Origin: Enoplolaimus lenunculus
Taxonomy: Eukaryota
Length of the DNA: 64,000 nucleotides
NCBI GenBank assembly: GCA_030248215.1
Contig: JASANG010001414.1
Location: 558,001 to 622,000 of the forward strand
Direction of reading: 5' to 3'
Both the position numbers and the translations under genes were made by a program. Positions 61,801 to 64,000 of the stretch are shown here, piece after piece. The stretch's first letter is position 1. Each line of letters opens with the position of its first letter. The notes beneath the pieces are model-generated. The model saw nothing but the letters and a program-made list of their open reading frames with translations, was not told where the DNA came from and made no database searches.

Positions 61801-63995
61801 CGAACGGGCACAGACCATTGATGCATGGACCAAGTGAATCACCGCCATTTGGACAACCTGAAAAATAAGATTCAAGTAATATTTTGACCCTTAATCTAAC
61901 TTATCAGTTTTCTGTTTGTGATAATGACCCATGTATAGATGAGCTTGCTGTTGTTTACGAGAGTTAAGCTTGAGCTTTAGACTATTTTTTACGTAGGCTT
62001 AGGCTTTTACAAATTTAAAAATTTAATTCGAAAACGCCGCTCAAATATAAACAAGGCGAAGAATAAAATTCAAAATGCTTGTTGCATAAGCTCAAACTTT
62101 AGAATAAAATACATTATCGGCTGTAAAACTTAAAACGAACACTGTGTGAAGAAGTTTCAGAACCAGGGGCGTATAGGAAAGGGCGACCAATGTATAGAGC
62201 AGCGCAGTAACAGTACAAGTAGTATACATATTTCAAAGCCTAAGCCTAAGCTTAAAAATGAGCTTACACTTAAGCCTAAACATAAGCAAAAAATTAGTCT
62301 AAAGTTTAAGCTTATTGCAGTCTACCAGAAAAACGTTCCGACCCTGATGTGTATCCGCGCCGAAAACAGAATATCAACGATATATACCTTCTCAAAATAT
62401 TTCACAAAACGGTAAAAAGGTTCTTTTACAGGGCTAAAAGTTTCCGTGCTCTGATACAGCCGCTTACAACTTATAAATCGGATTATACAATCCCGGAATA
62501 GAATCCTTTTTGAGTTTTGGTTAGAAACAATACGACAATTCTCCTGCTAAGCATTCAGCAGATAAATGAAAATTTATCAAAAAGATTAAAGTCCCCTCTT
62601 ATAGCTCTAGGTTTAAGAAGGAATTTGTCTTGCAACAGCCAATTTGCTATTGACAAACTTACTAGTAGGAACTGAAGTGCGACAGCAAAGATTCGGAGGA
62701 ACAATACATTGATAACCGAAATTACACAATCCATTAATACAAGGACCTTCGGCGATCTGATTGTCTGGACAGCGGTCTAAAACCAACGGCCAACCTTTCG
62801 GACTGTAGTTTTTGAGCCAATCCTCAGGTTTATTACGTCCCTCCGCTCTTGTTTTAGGTTACGGCTTGAGTTTAGGCATAGACTCAGGAATATGCAGCGG
62901 CGGATCCAAAAATTTGTGATTGGGCATGCTATATAAGTACAATTTTTTTGCAGTGGAAACATTGTAAAATAGGGACCTTATCATTTTATCACAAAAAAAA
63001 TTTCTGACGGGGTTGGCGTACACCAAGCCTACTCAGCATCCGCTGGTAGGAATAACGAAATACTTAGTTTTAGGCTTAAAAATTAAGCGTTTTCCTACGC
63101 CTAAAAATTAACCTAAGACTGAATCTCTGTTGAGGGATGGGTAAAAGAGCTGAAACTGCAATTAACAGAACGTTTTTACACCGTTAACTTGATAACAACA
63201 AAATGCTGACGTGTCAAATTGAATACTTTAAGTACCATGAGTAGTAAAAAATTAACTACATTAATTTTAACGAACTTTTAAAAATTGTTGAAAAACTTAC
63301 TCGACGGTCCACAACATAAATTGTTTTCACACGTGTATCCGAGTCCACAGTAGCCATTGATGCATTCAGCAACCGCTACACTACCATCGGAACACGTATC
63401 TAGAACAAAAATATGAATTTAGGGTTGAGCTATACGTAAGGTTGCTCTCTCTCTTCACAACAAGCATGCCCGAAGCCAGCTCGACTTGCTGGGTGGCTGA
63501 AAATTCTTTAGGAAGGATATGCTAGGCTTTTCGATGGCTTTACAAGCAAGATTGAAACATTTCTAGACTAGCCAAAGGTTTCCAAAGGAGGCTGAGCCAC
63601 CCCTGGCCTACCTACGGCTACGGGTTCGACCATAAAACTTGAGATTTAGAAGTATTAAGCTAAAGTTACTTATCATTTCAGCGCAACAGATATATCCAGG
63701 TGACACGCAAGTAAATCCGTCGCCGCGAGTAGCTCCATTTAAGCATCGAGCGACTCATGGAAGTTTGAAACTTTTCTGGGAGATAAAATTCTTTCCAGGG
63801 AAGGCTGAGGCTCCCTTTTGGCTACGGGCCCAGCAACACTTGAAATTAAGCACAACTAAGAGAACGTAACTAAGCTAAAGTTACTTGTCATTTCGGCGCA
63901 ACAGATATATCCAGGTGACACGCAAGTAAATCCGGCACCGCAAGTAGCTCCATCTAAGCATCGACCAACTGGCTGGCTTTGATCCGGACAGACTG
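52813..63995 (-). CDS. Cys-rich extracellular-type protein with repeated CC-like 6-Cys modules and a C-terminal EB-like module; 5' end outside the window
   Basis: Exons 63885-63995, 63301-63399, 61732-61857, 61027-61179, 60320-60454, 58868-59146, 55827-56114, 55045-55146, 53575-53718, 53134-53218, 52813-52852. Six exons each encode C-P/S-x(7-8)-C-x(3-4)-C-x5-C-x(4-6)-CC (e.g. CPNGGDSLGPCINGLCPFGYSCVNDQFCC); exon 53575-53718 encodes LSPGDNGCLHDIQC...QCTC...C. Joining the last four exons relies on a phase-1 donor AG|GTAAC at 55827/55826. Confidence 0.8.
54511..54701. mobile_element. GG-ended TTAGGC-bearing MITE, best-preserved copy
   Basis: 27-bp TIR GGCC(A/C)ATGTAAAGA(A/T)CAGGGGCGGAAC; perfect 8-bp TSD GAACAAGC; internal (GCCTAA)n. 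Confidence 0.9.
54878..55021. repeat. GC-rich 10-bp tandem repeat (CGGCGGCGTT / CGGCGGCGCC)
   Basis: About 14 units inside a PIF-like MITE remnant, ending about 25 bp from exon 55045-55146. Confidence 0.9.
56476..56633. mobile_element. hAT-like MITE, CAGGCCCGTAGCC-end family
   Basis: CAGGCACGTAGCC ... GGCTACGGGCCTG with flanks CCCTTTAG / CCTATTAG; relatives at about 12388-12550, 47324-47462, 55266-55434, 59233-59392 and 63465-63625. Confidence 0.72.
59751..60345. repeat. Three tandem copies of a ~200-bp unit spanning an exon/intron junction
   Basis: Each unit ends TTTTCTTACTTGTTCCAACACCGCTAAATCCTCCGA (at about 59945, 60145 and 60345). Confidence 0.9.
60584..60797. mobile_element. PIF/Harbinger-like MITE, GGCCC(A/G)TATTCTCAAA-end family
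   Basis: TAA-GGCCTTTATTCTCAAA ... TTTGAGAATATGGGAC-TAA; relatives at about 10791-11002, 20262-20483 and 55603-55804. Confidence 0.7.
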
Positions 63996-64000
63996 CTGAA

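Overview
AT-rich, intron-rich eukaryotic DNA, very probably from a nematode (TTAGGC repeats, TTTCAG/TTTTAG splice acceptors, nematode-type Cys-rich modules, Cys-Ser-Gly form of HAL). By hand-splicing GT-AG exons I reconstructed four protein-coding genes, all on the minus strand: histidine ammonia-lyase (19 exons, about 579 aa), an APE1/exonuclease III AP endonuclease (7 exons, 325 aa), a divergent alpha-tubulin (9 exons plus an unlocated ATG exon) and a 5'-truncated Cys-rich CC/EB-module protein (at least 11 exons). Introns and spacers are densely filled with non-autonomous transposons (Tc1/mariner-, hAT-, PIF-, piggyBac-, Merlin-, CACTA- and Helentron-like), an 89-bp satellite and microsatellites. 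The most unusual signals are a short TG...CA solo-LTR family with 5-bp target duplications that carries a complete tRNA-like cloverleaf, a three-level nested insertion inside a ~650-bp palindrome, and an abundant MITE family with 8-bp target duplications that carries telomere-type TTAGGC repeats. All calls were made by eye; no database searches were run.
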